Origin: Candidatus Saccharimonadota bacterium
Lineage (GTDB): Bacteria > Patescibacteriota > Saccharimonadia > Saccharimonadales > Saccharimonadaceae
Assembly: GCA_017406565.1 (NCBI GenBank)
Contig: JAFQYG010000003.1
Span: 65,431-129,430 of the forward strand
DNA length: 64,000 nt
Direction: 5' to 3'
The translations under genes were made by a program, and so were the position numbers. This document shows, piece by piece, positions 49,324 through 58,992 of the stretch. How positions within the stretch are numbered: position 1 is the stretch's first letter; every line of letters starts with the position of its first letter. The notes below the pieces were generated by a model. That model had not been told where the DNA came from and did not search any database. It saw only the letters and a program-made list of their open reading frames with translations.

Positions 49324-50558
49324 GCACAATTTTAGGGCTAGATATTGGTACCGAATTTGTTAAAGCTGTTCTTGCCAAACCTACGAAGAATGGCAATCTT
49401 GAAATACTAGGCGTAGGTAAAGCTAGACAAGTCGAAGGCAATATGCACGCGGGTGCTGTTGCTGATATCCCTGCTGTGGTTAATGTTTGTGAAGAAGCTT
49501 TAGTGCAAGTTGAAGAACAAGCCGGCGAACGTGCAAATCTCACTATAGTTGGTATTGCTGGTGAACTTATCAAAGGCAACACTACGACAGTTAATTATAC
49601 TCGCAAAAATCCCAACCGACCAATTACCGAATCAGAAATGGAAGAAATCATTCACAAAGTTCAGCAAAAATCCGGCGAAGTAGCTAAAAAAACCGTTGCG
49701 CTTGAAACCGACAATGACAATGTTGAAGTCAGGCTGATAAACTCAGCTATTGTTTCGCTCACCATTGATGGCTACAAAATCAGCAACCCAATTGGTTTTA
49801 AGGGTTCAGATGTCGTAATTCAATTTTATACTGCCTTTGCTCCGCTCATTCATGTGGCTGCGATTGAAAAAGTTTGCGCAGAACTTAATTTAGATTTACT
49901 CACTGTCGCAGTTGAGCCATTTGCTGTGTGTCGAGCCTGTCTAGGTAATGACATAAGCTCTTCTTTCTCTGGTATCGTCATGGATATTGGCGGTGGCACT
50001 ACAGATATAGCCGTAGTCGAAGATGGTGGCGTTGAAGGTACTAAAATGTTCTCAATCGGCGGTCGTAGTTTCACTCATCAGATTGCAGAATCGCTTGGTG
50101 TCGAATTTGAAACTGCCGAAGAATATAAATTAGATTTCGACACGGGCAAGCTTGACGATCGTGTTAAATCCAAAGTTGATACTGCTATAGATCGTAATCT
50201 GTCTGTTTGGTTGACTGGCGTAGAAGTGGCCCTTGAAGAATTTGGCAACATGGGTAGTTTGCCCCGTAATGTTTTATTGTGTGGTGGCGGTGCTAGCCTT
50301 TCATCTCTCCAAGAAAAATTAGCAATTTCTGATTGGTATAAAGGCTTACCATTTTCACGTCGTCCGATTATTCATCTAATTGACGTAGAGGACTTGCCAA
50401 ACCTCAAAACAGACCACCTAAATGCTGAAGGTCTAGGTATGCTTGACCATTCCTTTGCGACTGCACTCGGTCTTCTCCGTGTCGGTATTGATACTTTAGC
50501 TAGCGCCCCTGAAGAAACTGGTATTCGTGCTAAGATTTCTAAGTTACTTCAAAAATAG
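49320..50558 (+). CDS. ftsA: FtsA-like actin-family ATPase
   Basis: LGLDIGTEFVKA, VEPFA, MDIGGGTTD, IGGRSFT, LCGGGA motifs. Confidence 0.78.
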   Translation: MSTILGLDIGTEFVKAVLAKPTKNGNLEILGVGKARQVEGNMHAGAVADIPAVVNVCEEALVQVEEQAGERANLTIVGIAGELIKGNTTTVNYTRKNPNRPITESEMEEIIHKVQQKSGEVAKKTVALETDNDNVEVRLINSAIVSLTIDGYKISNPIGFKGSDVVIQFYTAFAPLIHVAAIEKVCAELNLDLLTVAVEPFAVCRACLGNDISSSFSGIVMDIGGGTTDIAVVEDGGVEGTKMFSIGGRSFTHQIAESLGVEFETAEEYKLDFDTGKLDDRVKSKVDTAIDRNLSVWLTGVEVALEEFGNMGSLPRNVLLCGGGASLSSLQEKLAISDWYKGLPFSRRPIIHLIDVEDLPNLKTDHLNAEGLGMLDHSFATALGLLRVGIDTLASAPEETGIRAKISKLLQK

Positions 50559-50617
50559 TATAAAAAAGTAAATAATTTTTATCATTTAATAGTATTTTTA
50601 TTGTATAATATATTAAT

Positions 50618-52708
50618 ATGATAACCATAAGGAGGTTACGATTCGCTACAAAGCGATTATCGTTCCCAGCAGTTTATTTATTTGTTTTTACCCTTTGTTT
50701 TTTATTCTCTCCTTCCACTTCTGCTATTTCAAGCACGATAACTCTAACTGTTGCGAATAATATTTCGCTAAACATTGTAGCCACTCAAAGTGGTGCGTTT
50801 TCTAGTACCGACACTTCGACGCCTAACGTCAGTATTACCACCAATCATGCTACCGGGTATACATTAGGCATTCTTGCAAGTGTTAATGATAATTCATTAG
50901 TTAACACAAGCGATAATACTAAAACAATTCCATCAATTTCAAACCAAATCTCACCGACGGATTATGCTAATGATTCAACTTTAAACAATACTTATGGCTA
51001 TATGCCAAGCAAGTATCATTCTAGCGACAACCTCAACTATTTGCCAACTCCAACTGACACTACGTCATTTGATATTCTAGATTCTACTTCTTCAGCAAAT
51101 TCTAGTACAGCCAATGATTATAATATTGCTATTGGTGCCAGAGTAGACGACACTATAACCCCAGGCTCATACACTAATACTTTTATTATCAGCGCTATCG
51201 CGAATCCTACGACATACAGCATTACATATAATCAAAACACTACTGACACTGTCACCAATATGCCAACAAATGTCAGCGATGATTCGACTTACGATGAAAC
51301 AGTTACATTGTCTGATACTGTCCCTGCTCGTAGCGGTCTTAATTTTGGCGGATGGTGTACAGTACAAGTTGCTGATGACGGAGCATGCACAGGAACAACA
51401 TATAATCCAAACGGCACAGGAACAGATTTAAACTGGCAACTTGATCAGACCGCCAGTAGCAACGTATTGACTCTCTATGCTATGTGGTCCACGAGCACCA
51501 GCACATGTACAAATGGCTCAACAGAACTATATTGTATGGTTGAGAGTGTTAGCAAGGGTACACAATCTGTAGACGACCTTAAAGCTGATCTCACTGCAAC
51601 GAATTCTGGAGTTTTTGAATACGACAGCAGCGTGTTTGGCCAAGCCAGCGACATCAGCAATAGTCGCAGTATTTATTATTTCCGTGGTATCCTAGATAGC
51701 AACGTGGATAGCACTACTAGCACCTATGGCTCTAGGGGCGATGGACTAGTTTGGCAAAACTATGTCAGATTAGGAAACACTTGTTGGCGTATCGTCAGAA
51801 CTACCGGTTCGGGTGGCGTAAAGATGATTTACAACGGTATATACGGTGACACTTTTGCGGGCTCATGCGCTAATGCTACCTCCAAAGCTCAGACTAGATA
51901 TAATAACGCTGAATTAAAGATAGAATATAATGTTTCCACTACTTCGAAGGCCGGTAAAACTTATACAGGTATAGGAAGCGGTATACATGCATCGGGTTAT
52001 ACATATAGCAATGTATCTGATACTTCTACTTGGTCTACTGCATACAGCAATTTATTTGGCGCTACCGGAAACGATACTACCACCAACGGTAACTCTTCGG
52101 TAATCAAAAAATACATTGACGATTGGTACACGAGTAATCTAGCTAGCTACACATCCATACTAGAAACAGGCGCAGGCTACTGTAATGACCGTACGCTAAA
52201 CACCAGCAACAACTGGACCACACCAGTAGCAGATAATACTTTGATACAACCATATAAGTCAACCGGCTCTACAGTTTATTATTTCGGCCCTTATGTACGC
52301 AATGTTTCCAATACTACTCATCCTACCCTAACTTGCAGTCGTGGTACTGTTGATACATATAGTACAACTACTAGTGATGGTGGCAATGGCCAACTGACTA
52401 ATCCAATAGCACTGCTAACTTTAGATGAAGCCGTCTTCGCTGGTTCTGGAGTTTCTGAAGTTAACGCTGGCCCGACTTATAATTTCAATAGTTTCCTACA
52501 TTCCAAAAATGGTTTTTGGTTGATGTCACCATCTCACAGAACAGGTGCACCGCAAATGTTCTATCTTGGTCCTAATGGAAAACCAGAAATGAGTACGGTT
52601 AACTATACCCCATACGGCGTGCGCCCAGTAATATCATTGGCACCAGGCACAGAATATAACAGTGGCACTGGTACGGCTACTAACCCATGGATAGTCAACG
52701 CCCCTTAA
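50618..52708 (+). CDS. Secreted surface protein: shared N-terminal domain + InlB-B repeat + C-terminal domain ending FWLMSP...GVRPVISL
   Basis: Signal peptide; ITTNHATGYTL; PARSGLNFGGWCTV; YVRLGNTCWRIVR...VKMIY. Confidence 0.8.
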   Translation: MITIRRLRFATKRLSFPAVYLFVFTLCFLFSPSTSAISSTITLTVANNISLNIVATQSGAFSSTDTSTPNVSITTNHATGYTLGILASVNDNSLVNTSDNTKTIPSISNQISPTDYANDSTLNNTYGYMPSKYHSSDNLNYLPTPTDTTSFDILDSTSSANSSTANDYNIAIGARVDDTITPGSYTNTFIISAIANPTTYSITYNQNTTDTVTNMPTNVSDDSTYDETVTLSDTVPARSGLNFGGWCTVQVADDGACTGTTYNPNGTGTDLNWQLDQTASSNVLTLYAMWSTSTSTCTNGSTELYCMVESVSKGTQSVDDLKADLTATNSGVFEYDSSVFGQASDISNSRSIYYFRGILDSNVDSTTSTYGSRGDGLVWQNYVRLGNTCWRIVRTTGSGGVKMIYNGIYGDTFAGSCANATSKAQTRYNNAELKIEYNVSTTSKAGKTYTGIGSGIHASGYTYSNVSDTSTWSTAYSNLFGATGNDTTTNGNSSVIKKYIDDWYTSNLASYTSILETGAGYCNDRTLNTSNNWTTPVADNTLIQPYKSTGSTVYYFGPYVRNVSNTTHPTLTCSRGTVDTYSTTTSDGGNGQLTNPIALLTLDEAVFAGSGVSEVNAGPTYNFNSFLHSKNGFWLMSPSHRTGAPQMFYLGPNGKPEMSTVNYTPYGVRPVISLAPGTEYNSGTGTATNPWIVNAP

Positions 52709-52740
52709 ATAGATAAACAAAACTAATGCTATTAATCAGT

Positions 52741-54621
52741 TTATTCTAAAACTGCTTTAATTCTACGAACACCAGCCGACGAGGACTCTTCTTTTTTAAT
52801 TTTGAAGTGCCCGATTACACCGGTATGTTCTACGTGTGGACCGCCACATACTTCACGCGATACTGGATTATCAAAATCACCTATCGTATAAACTTTAAGC
52901 TTGTCTGGATACTTATCCCAGAATTCACCATGTGCTTTCAAAGTGTTTCGCGCGTATTCTTTATCATATTCATCAAACACAACTGGTAAATCTGCTTCAA
53001 TCCATTCGTTAACTTGGTCTTCGACTGCTTTCTTCTCTTCATCGGTTAGCTTATGGTCCACATTGAAATCGAAACGTACGCGCTCCGAAGTAATGTTTGA
53101 ACCTTTCTGACAAATATCTGGCGAAATAATCTTTTGTAAGGCCGCTAATAATAAGTGGCAAGATGTATGATATTTAACGGTTTGCTCGCCATGGTCTTCT
53201 AGGCCGCCCTTAAACATACCTTTAGATGCTGTTTGTGAACGTTTGCGCTGCTCAGCTAGAGCATTTTCAAATTCTTTTACATAATCTTTCGATAGTTCGA
53301 TTCCTTGTCTATAGCATTCCTCAACCGATAACTCCATCGGAAAACCATATGTATCTTGCAGCATGAAAATATCTTTACCATCTAAAATCTTATTGTTTTT
53401 AGTAATCTTCGATAACTCCTTAAGCCCACGATTCAAAGTTTTTCTAAAGGCATTTTCCTCGCGTAACATAGTTTCAAGTGCAGATTCACGATGTGTCAGA
53501 ATCGAATCCGGTAAGTCGGCATAGTTGTCAGCCACAATCGGTACAATCTCAGCTAAGAAGTTGGAAGAAATCCCCAAATCTAAAGCGCGTAGAATCGCTC
53601 TTCTAAGCAAACGTCGCATCGCGTATCCGTGTGCTTTGTTGGAAGGAACTAAACCCTGCGCTGCTAATAAATATGCACCACGAATATGATCTGCAATCAC
53701 GCGCATTTCATCGGTATTATTGTCATAAGACTTCCCAGAAATTTTCTCCAAATGATCAATAATCGGCTTCATCAGAGAAATCTTAAATACATCAAACGAA
53801 TCGATTGCTGCTGCTGCAATACGCTCCAAACCACCGCCAAAGTCTACATTTTTCTTTTCGAGTGGTTCAAAAGTACCATCTTCCAAACGTCGATATTGCA
53901 TAAACACCGAATTACCAATTTCCATAAATCTTGCACCATCCGAAGCTGGATGTGCAAGGCCGTACTTTTCTACATCTTGTTTGTCTTCACCAAAATCATA
54001 AAACACTTCCGAATCTGGCCCACATGGGTCACCAATCGGGGTAGATTCGCAGCCACCACCACGCGACCACCAGTTTTCGTGATCATCATAGAAGAAGATT
54101 CGTTCACCTTCCTTAATACCGCGTTTATCACCTTCGGCCGCAGTACCAATTTCAGCAACTTTTGCATCAATTCCGACTTCAGTAAAAACTTTTTTCCAAA
54201 TCTCTGCCGCTTCGGTATCTTTTGGAATGCCATATTTTTCGTTACCAATAAAACAAGTCACATAAATTCTTTTTGGGTCTAAACCAACGGTTTCAGTCAA
54301 AAATTTGAAGAAATTACGGATTTGTTCTTCCTTAAAGTAATCACCCAAAGACCAGTTTCCTAACATTTCGAAAACTGTCGTGTGGCGTGGGTCACCTACA
54401 TCATCGATATCTTGCATGCGCATTGAAGGCTGAGAATCGCAAAGTCTTGTGCCATCTGGGTGGTCTTTACCTAGTAAGTAAGGCAAAAGTGGTTGCATCC
54501 CCGAGCCAGTAAACAAAGTGGTTGGATCACCTTCGAGCACCAACGGTGCCGGCTGAATCACTTTGTGTCCATTTTTAACTTGAAATTCAAAAAATTTTTT
54601 TCTTATTTCATTCGTATCCAT
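52741..54621 (-). CDS. alaS: Alanine--tRNA ligase (C-terminally short)
   Basis: LFTGSGMQP, HTTVFEMLGNWSLGDYFKE, DFGGGLER, HTSCHLL, EVCGGPHV motifs; start moved to MDTNE. Confidence 0.97.
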   Translation of the reverse strand: MDTNEIRKKFFEFQVKNGHKVIQPAPLVLEGDPTTLFTGSGMQPLLPYLLGKDHPDGTRLCDSQPSMRMQDIDDVGDPRHTTVFEMLGNWSLGDYFKEEQIRNFFKFLTETVGLDPKRIYVTCFIGNEKYGIPKDTEAAEIWKKVFTEVGIDAKVAEIGTAAEGDKRGIKEGERIFFYDDHENWWSRGGGCESTPIGDPCGPDSEVFYDFGEDKQDVEKYGLAHPASDGARFMEIGNSVFMQYRRLEDGTFEPLEKKNVDFGGGLERIAAAAIDSFDVFKISLMKPIIDHLEKISGKSYDNNTDEMRVIADHIRGAYLLAAQGLVPSNKAHGYAMRRLLRRAILRALDLGISSNFLAEIVPIVADNYADLPDSILTHRESALETMLREENAFRKTLNRGLKELSKITKNNKILDGKDIFMLQDTYGFPMELSVEECYRQGIELSKDYVKEFENALAEQRKRSQTASKGMFKGGLEDHGEQTVKYHTSCHLLLAALQKIISPDICQKGSNITSERVRFDFNVDHKLTDEEKKAVEDQVNEWIEADLPVVFDEYDKEYARNTLKAHGEFWDKYPDKLKVYTIGDFDNPVSREVCGGPHVEHTGVIGHFKIKKEESSSAGVRRIKAVLE

Positions 54622-54704
54622 TTTTCTATTATACCATAATATGAGCTTGACTAAATCAAACGCACGTGTTACTATAACCATAAGAATTATAAAAAGGATA
54701 ATAT

Positions 54705-54908
54705 ATGGCACAAGCAAAGAAGAAAACATCAACTAAAACTGCAAAAAAGTCTGGTGCAGCTCAAGGCGCGCATCGCAAGGCTGCTAGCAAGACAACAAAA
54801 TACAAGCAAGTTTCTGCAGAAGAACGCATGCATCTATTTCTTGTTATTGCAATGAGTATGATTGCAGGCATCCTTCTCTGTGCTGATGTAGCAATGATGA
54901 TTGTCTAA
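54705..54908 (+). CDS. Small Lys-rich protein with C-terminal TM
   Basis: SD AAGGA, 67 aa, followed by terminator 54921-54952. Confidence 0.7.
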   Translation: MAQAKKKTSTKTAKKSGAAQGAHRKAASKTTKYKQVSAEERMHLFLVIAMSMIAGILLCADVAMMIV

Positions 54909-54920
54909 TTTAAAGTATAT

Positions 54921-54952
54921 AAAAATGGCCAGCATTTTTGCTGGCCTTTTTG
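54921..54952. terminator. Bidirectional terminator
   Basis: AAAAATGGCCAGCA-TTTT-TGCTGGCCTTTTT between convergent genes. Confidence 0.82.
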
Positions 54953-54960
54953 CATGTATA

Positions 54961-55227
54961 CTAAAGAAGTTTTACCGAACGATGTGCAACGATAGTTGCA
55001 ATTTCATCAAGGACATCATTGGAAATATTCTTAGTAAACACAGGATCAATCTTGCTGAGAGCTACACCGATTTTAGTTCTTTCGGTTTCGTCCAGGCTAT
55101 CTGCCCCGAACGTTACTAATGCGCCAAATGCGCGATCTTTTGCAATACCTTTTATCACTCTCGAATGAAAGTCAGTTTTAGACATTCCACGGATGATTTC
55201 AATCATCCGAGCCTCCTCCTTGTTCAT
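54961..55227 (-). CDS. Hypothetical solo protein
   Basis: SD AGGAAGGGGGC before MNKEE; TTGACT/TGATATAAT promoter upstream. Confidence 0.65.
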   Translation of the reverse strand: MNKEEARMIEIIRGMSKTDFHSRVIKGIAKDRAFGALVTFGADSLDETERTKIGVALSKIDPVFTKNISNDVLDEIATIVAHRSVKLL

Positions 55228-55316
55228 AATACGCCCCCTTCCTAGCTCAAAAAGCAAGATATCTACATTATATCACAAAATTGCAAAAAAGTCAATAGTA
55301 AACATAGCCATTTTGG

Positions 55317-56132
55317 CTACATGAAGTTCCATCTCATATCACGTTCTTGCTTGGCTTTGCGGCGCTTCACCTCGCTCGAAAAAGCTATCTCGTAGTACTC
55401 TTCTACCACGTCACGGTCAAAACGCATCACTTTAGAAATAGCAGGTGTTTGAGCACTCATTCTGACCAGATCACTACTCCAAAAATTACGTACCGTCAAA
55501 GGTCTTACATGGTATTTTCTTGCCAAATCATTTACGCCATTTAGATGCTTAATTACGTTATTGTGAACACGTGTTCTTTTGCTTTCATATTCGTCGTAGC
55601 CATAGTCCCTTACGTCATCCGGAGACATATACTTAAAATCTAAATGTTCCACCACGGCAGGATAAAAACCCTTCAAATAGTCTAAACTTTCTTTTTTATC
55701 TTCATCGTCTGATTTTTCAATTGCTTGTCTTAAAGCATCCATTCTTTCATAATAATAATTCCCCGCCTGTGCTTCTATGGTTTTATGTAGTTCAGCATCA
55801 TTAGTGGAGGTTACCATCATTTGTGCGCATTCCGCGGTTTGTTCAATTCCGAAATTACCTTTTTCCCCTTCTTTTTCTGCCAGGGCTAATTCATCTGCTA
55901 CCAAATCTTCCCACGTTTCGAATTCTTTTTGGCTCATACGTTCTCCATTTGCCTTAATGGTTGCTGAGCGCTTTTCAAAACTTTTCTGATATTCGTAAAC
56001 ATTGCGATAAAAAGTCTTGGCATTTTCAGGAGCTTTATTAATCTGCTCTTTTCTAAAATCCTTCGCCATTTTGGCGACTTCGTTCCATTCTGAATTGTCA
56101 TCCTTCGACCTCAGCTTTTCGTGATTTGCCAT
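55317..56132 (-). CDS. Hypothetical protein (C-terminus weakly DUF3232-like)
   Basis: Start moved to MANHEK after SD GGAG; RTRVHNNVIKHLNGVNDLARKY; family call tentative. Confidence 0.6.
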   Translation of the reverse strand: MANHEKLRSKDDNSEWNEVAKMAKDFRKEQINKAPENAKTFYRNVYEYQKSFEKRSATIKANGERMSQKEFETWEDLVADELALAEKEGEKGNFGIEQTAECAQMMVTSTNDAELHKTIEAQAGNYYYERMDALRQAIEKSDDEDKKESLDYLKGFYPAVVEHLDFKYMSPDDVRDYGYDEYESKRTRVHNNVIKHLNGVNDLARKYHVRPLTVRNFWSSDLVRMSAQTPAISKVMRFDRDVVEEYYEIAFSSEVKRRKAKQERDMRWNFM

Positions 56133-56176
56133 GATAATAATTACTCCGCTTATGGAATAATTATAGCATATTAATT

Positions 56177-57334
56177 TTACACAATTATCCCACCACCGAG
56201 GCAAACCTCGCCATCATACAATACGGCAGATTGTCCGCTTGCGGGGCGTTTGATTTCTTTTCCAAAATGCAATGTCTTGCCATCAAAAGTTGCTGGGATT
56301 AGCGGTGCTCGATGGCGTAATCTAACTTGCACACTACTATTTACATCTTGATGTAGCAATATATCTTTCAATTCCAACTCTTTCGTCCAGATTGCTTCAT
56401 GATTTAAGTTTTTTGATACGTAAACAATATTATTTTTGATGTCTTTCTTTACCACATAATACGGCATTCCATCATTCACGGTGCCTTTTTCACCATTTAA
56501 GTATAAGCCATGCCTTTGTCCGATCGTATAAAACACCGCACCTTCGTGATATCCTAATACTTTTTCACTTTCAATTTCACGAATCTCACCAGGCTCAATA
56601 TCGATGTATTCTTTAAGAAAATCTTTCATCCCAACTTCACCCACAAAACATACACCCATAGATTCTTTTTTATAAGCATTGTGCAGCCCATGTTTCTCAG
56701 CTAGTTTCTTCACTTCTGGTTTCAACATTTCTCCAATCGGAAAAATCGTATGTGCCAATGCCTCATCTGAAATACGGTATAAAAAATACGTTTGATCTTT
56801 ATTTTCGTCTACTGCACGCATGAGTAGGGTCTGTTCAGATAATTCTTGGCTCGGGGTATTCCGGAGCGCGGCAGCGCGAGGGTTAGCGCGCTCGCCCCGT
56901 GGCGACGGGCGCGAGCGACGCGACCCCGAGTAAGAATTATCTGATAGAGTTTTAATGCGAGCATAATGTCCAGTAGCAATATAATCAGCCCCCGCCTCCA
57001 TAGCTTTTTCATAAAACAGTTTAAACTTAATTTCTTGATTACACATAATGTCGGGATTTGGTGTATTGCCTTTTTTAAATTCATCTAACATATATTCCAC
57101 AACTTTTTCACGATATGCATTTTCAAAATCCCAAACTTCAAAATCAATGCCAAGTTTTACTGCCACGCGTTTTGCATCAGCTAAATCTTCTGCCCAAGGA
57201 CACTTCATCCCGGGTAAATCTTGTGACCAGTTTTTCATATAAACACCAATCACGCAATATCCTTGCTCCTTCAAAAGTAAAGCCGAGACACTCGAATCAA
57301 CACCGCCACTCATCCCCACATATACTTTTTTCAT
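56177..57334 (-). CDS. mnmA: tRNA-specific 2-thiouridylase with in-frame insertion
   Basis: GMSGGVDSSV, NPDIMCNQEIKF, ATGHYAR, KDQTYFL, KKESMGVCFVG, GQSAVLY motifs. Confidence 0.97.
   Translation of the reverse strand: MKKVYVGMSGGVDSSVSALLLKEQGYCVIGVYMKNWSQDLPGMKCPWAEDLADAKRVAVKLGIDFEVWDFENAYREKVVEYMLDEFKKGNTPNPDIMCNQEIKFKLFYEKAMEAGADYIATGHYARIKTLSDNSYSGSRRSRPSPRGERANPRAAALRNTPSQELSEQTLLMRAVDENKDQTYFLYRISDEALAHTIFPIGEMLKPEVKKLAEKHGLHNAYKKESMGVCFVGEVGMKDFLKEYIDIEPGEIREIESEKVLGYHEGAVFYTIGQRHGLYLNGEKGTVNDGMPYYVVKKDIKNNIVYVSKNLNHEAIWTKELELKDILLHQDVNSSVQVRLRHRAPLIPATFDGKTLHFGKEIKRPASGQSAVLYDGEVCLGGGIIV
56835..56944 (+). repeat. Palindromic in-frame insertion element in mnmA (type C, antisense)
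   Basis: 13-bp perfect arms TCAGATAATTCTT / AAGAATTATCTGA; CTCGGGG / CCCCGAG; inner GCTCGC.CCCGT-GGCG-ACGGG.GCGAGC. Confidence 0.92.
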
Positions 57335-57452
57335 AAAAAATATTATAACATAAATCGAATAATAATGGAAATGCTAATGATAAGCACTCTGTGTTATTAT
57401 TAATATAAGCGTGTTGCGCCTTAGCATCATACGTATAGAACAAGGAGACTAG

Positions 57453-58919
57453 TTGGAAGCAAGAATGCAGGTATTTGTTAGATTTGTAGCATCTTTAGTT
57501 TTTCTAATGAGTGGACCAATTATCTTTGGTACACCTGTTTTTGGTATCGATAGTTCCACCATTAGTATTAATTTAGGTACTCTTCCCTCGCTAGATTTGA
57601 CTCCCGGTAGTTTTGGCTCCGTATCACAGTCAATAGATATAAACACTAATAATTTCACCGGATATACAGTTAGTCTTTCAAATCCTATTGATTCTACAGA
57701 TATGATTAACTCTGTTGACGATAGTTTAACCATTCCAACTATCACTTTGCCAGGTGACAGCACGTCAATTACTGAAGATGATTTTGAATCTGGGTATGGC
57801 ATCAGTGTAGACGGCACTAATTATTTACCCGCTCCAAATTCTACGAATAAAATTCTAATTGGTTCTAGTAATACGTCTGCCGCAAGTTCTTATAACCTTA
57901 CTTTCGGGGCCAAGCTAAATCCAAATACTGCGGCAGGTTCTTATTCTAAAACCTTCGTCGTTGAAGCTATTGTAAAAAGCCCCCAATTTTCAATTACCTA
58001 TGACGCTAATGCTGATAGCGACACAGTCACTGGTATGCCGAGTAATCAAAGCGTTACGGTATCTGACACTGGTATAGCTACTTTGCCCAACGACGTGCCT
58101 ACGCGTACTGGATATATTTTTCTTGGTTGGGACGAAGACGGTAACGCTACTACCCCAACCTATACTATCGACGGTACCAATACCATTACTTTAGACCCTA
58201 CCCAAGCGAACAATATTTCATTATATGCGATATGGCAATCCGATTCTGCCCCAGGTACTAGTGAAGTGGTTCATCCAGACGGCTCACGGACTCGTACTAC
58301 TATAGATGAAGATGGGAATAAATTTATTCAAGAAATCTCTGCCTCAGATGTAGTTACCGAATATCATATTGATACTACGGCCTCCGGTGGCTATACTATC
58401 ACTTATGGTAACAGTCTTGACACTGAGCTAATTCCTTTTGATGGAAATGCTTTTACTATACACATCGTATTTAAGGCCGACTTAAGCCAAAACAATAACA
58501 AGTTTATTGTGGGTGCTATGAGTAAAGACGGAAACTATTATAATGGTATGTCGCTCTTCGCTTTTAATAGCAATTATTTTAGAACTGCTATTTATAAAAA
58601 CCGTACTAGGAGTTCGGCTACTGGGCTGATCACAGCAAATTTGTATATTGGGCTTAATGCTTCGGCAATGAGCGGTGATACATTTGATATCACTATTACA
58701 TATGACCCAAAGGGCTACAACAATAATTACGCTGAACTTACGGCTTCTCTTGTTGGTGGGAATTCTGGTTCTCAGCACAATTCATCTTCATCAAGCAATA
58801 TCCCCACCAATTTGCCAGACGCCACCATTACGCTTGGTGGAAACGGGATTGACTTGTCTGACGATGTTAGTTCAATTACGATTATGAGTTTTGAAGTAAT
58901 TAAGACAATTTCAGAATAA
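57453..58919 (+). CDS. Secreted surface protein: shared N-terminal domain + InlB-B repeat + beta-rich (LamG-like) C-terminus
   Basis: INTNNFTGYTV, GAK...AAGSYSKTF, PTRTGYIFLGW; C-terminal fold call is inference. Confidence 0.75.
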   Translation: MEARMQVFVRFVASLVFLMSGPIIFGTPVFGIDSSTISINLGTLPSLDLTPGSFGSVSQSIDINTNNFTGYTVSLSNPIDSTDMINSVDDSLTIPTITLPGDSTSITEDDFESGYGISVDGTNYLPAPNSTNKILIGSSNTSAASSYNLTFGAKLNPNTAAGSYSKTFVVEAIVKSPQFSITYDANADSDTVTGMPSNQSVTVSDTGIATLPNDVPTRTGYIFLGWDEDGNATTPTYTIDGTNTITLDPTQANNISLYAIWQSDSAPGTSEVVHPDGSRTRTTIDEDGNKFIQEISASDVVTEYHIDTTASGGYTITYGNSLDTELIPFDGNAFTIHIVFKADLSQNNNKFIVGAMSKDGNYYNGMSLFAFNSNYFRTAIYKNRTRSSATGLITANLYIGLNASAMSGDTFDITITYDPKGYNNNYAELTASLVGGNSGSQHNSSSSSNIPTNLPDATITLGGNGIDLSDDVSSITIMSFEVIKTISE

Positions 58920-58992
58920 ATCTAAGTTTTTTCAAACAACAGCACAGTACAACACGGCACTGGCACTTGACACATCTATAAAATTATTATGA

